Part shown: positions 62,727 through 64,000 of the stretch, one piece after another
Numbering within the stretch: the stretch's first letter is position 1
How the letters are laid out: each line of letters starts with the position of its first letter
Assembly: GCF_963921235.1 (NCBI RefSeq)
Contig: NC_086097.1
Location: 177,818,001 to 177,882,000, forward strand
Reading direction: 5' to 3'
Source: Mobula hypostoma
Lineage: Eukaryota
DNA length: 64,000 nucleotides
Notes under the pieces: model-generated
Told to the model about the DNA's origin: nothing
The model's input: only the letters and a program-made list of their open reading frames with translations
Database searches by the model: none
Translations under genes and position numbers: made by a program

Positions 62727-63459
62727 TAATCAGTTCACACACAACAGCCAAGCATCGCCCTTTTAATACAGCTCTCTGGTTAGTTTACTGTCTGCTTCCA
62801 GCAGTATCTGTAGCTGGTGAAGTAACACTTTGATGTGGTTTTGCACCATAAACAATTAATAGTTTAATAAGTGTGTTTAGTTAAGGTTGGGTTTATTGTC
62901 ATATGCACAATTAACATATACACACGTGCAATGGAGAAGGCTACTTGCTGCAGTGTCAGATAAGCAGCATAAATTATGCACAATTTTACAAGAAATAAAT
63001 TAGGACAAAATATTGTCAATTTTAATGCAAAGTGGTCATAGTAATGCTAAATTGTGGTGATTAGTGTCCGCACCACTCGGTGTTCTTCAGTTTTATTGAA
63101 GAGAACGCATCTGCCTTTGTGCCTTTACTGTAGCACTGATTTCTAAACCAAGGAATCTCCACAAAGCTTTGGACCCATTAATAATAGAAGATCAATATTT
63201 CCCTTTAGCACTGCTGAAACCATGTTCTTCATTTTTAGAGAATCAATTATTTTATTGCTTCCCTTTTCTCCCAACGCTGTTGGAGGAATGCTTTTCATTT
63301 CTTAAACTATTACTTCATACCTTCATCAACCAAGCAGTTCCTATGCTGTAAAAGTGAAGGACATCAGTTTAGCTGCCACCTCTAAGTAGATGGGTCCCAT
63401 GAGATTGAAGAATGACAGTTTTAGGAAAAAAAACCATCCAGATATTTTGCATTAAATTT

Positions 63460-64000
63460 TCTAAACTAAATGGCAACAGCAAAGTTATGTGTCCAAAATA
63501 CAAAGGGAGAGTACACAGGAGAGGATCCTTAACAGTGCTGATGAAAGTGGGACGTTGGACGTTGGCTGTTTAAGAATACAGTAACCACACAGGTTGATGG
63601 GGTAGTCATTGGCATGCTTGCCTTGATTAGTTAGAGCAATGAACTGGGAAAATTATGTTACAGCCTTAGAAAACTCTGCATAGGCCACATTTAGAGTAAC
63701 GCTTTTGTTTATGGTTGCCTCATTTTGGAAAGATGTGGAGACTTGGAAAAGACGCAGTGGAGATTTACAGGCTGCTATCTAGTTTGGAGGATGTGTACTT
63801 TGGGGAGAAATTGGACAAACTGGGGTTGATTTCTCTGGAGCAATGGAGACTGAAGGCAGATTTGATAGAAGATTATAAAATTCTGTGAGGATAGACAGAC
63901 AACCAGAATTTTTTTCCCAGCTTGAAATGTCTGATACTATAGGTAAGGTGAGAGGGGGAGAAGACAAATGAGGTACATGAGGCAAGTTTCTTTTTACATA
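63460..64000 (+). mobile_element. Old CR1 3' fragment running off the window
   Basis: Decayed match to the other CR1 copies (aggccacatttagagta, gatttgatagaagattataaaatt, aaggtgagaggggg). Confidence 0.7.

Overview
Vertebrate genomic DNA, most likely a cartilaginous fish (inferred from the repeat families: two CR1 LINE types, V-domain SINEs, Neptune-like Penelope elements, Rex1 and RTE). The only clear host coding sequence is the last exon of aquaporin-4 (621-893, +). Its stop is TGA-CTAG, the known vertebrate readthrough context. An open 29-codon extension follows (891-980) and ends in PIKETDLL, matching the length and C-terminus of mammalian AQP4ex as I recall it. About 55 kb of repeat-dense intergenic DNA follows, with many nested insertions, several having readable target-site duplications (TSDs), and a few repeat-free islands. 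A CpG-rich region at about 55.9-57.8 kb has a strong splice donor directly after ATG-CTT-CAG; it is probably the promoter and first exon of the next gene (KCTD1 by synteny, inferred). Penelope 3' ends carry decayed minimal hammerhead ribozyme motifs. Almost all other ORFs in the track are transposon fragments or spurious. Repeat boundaries without a TSD are approximate.
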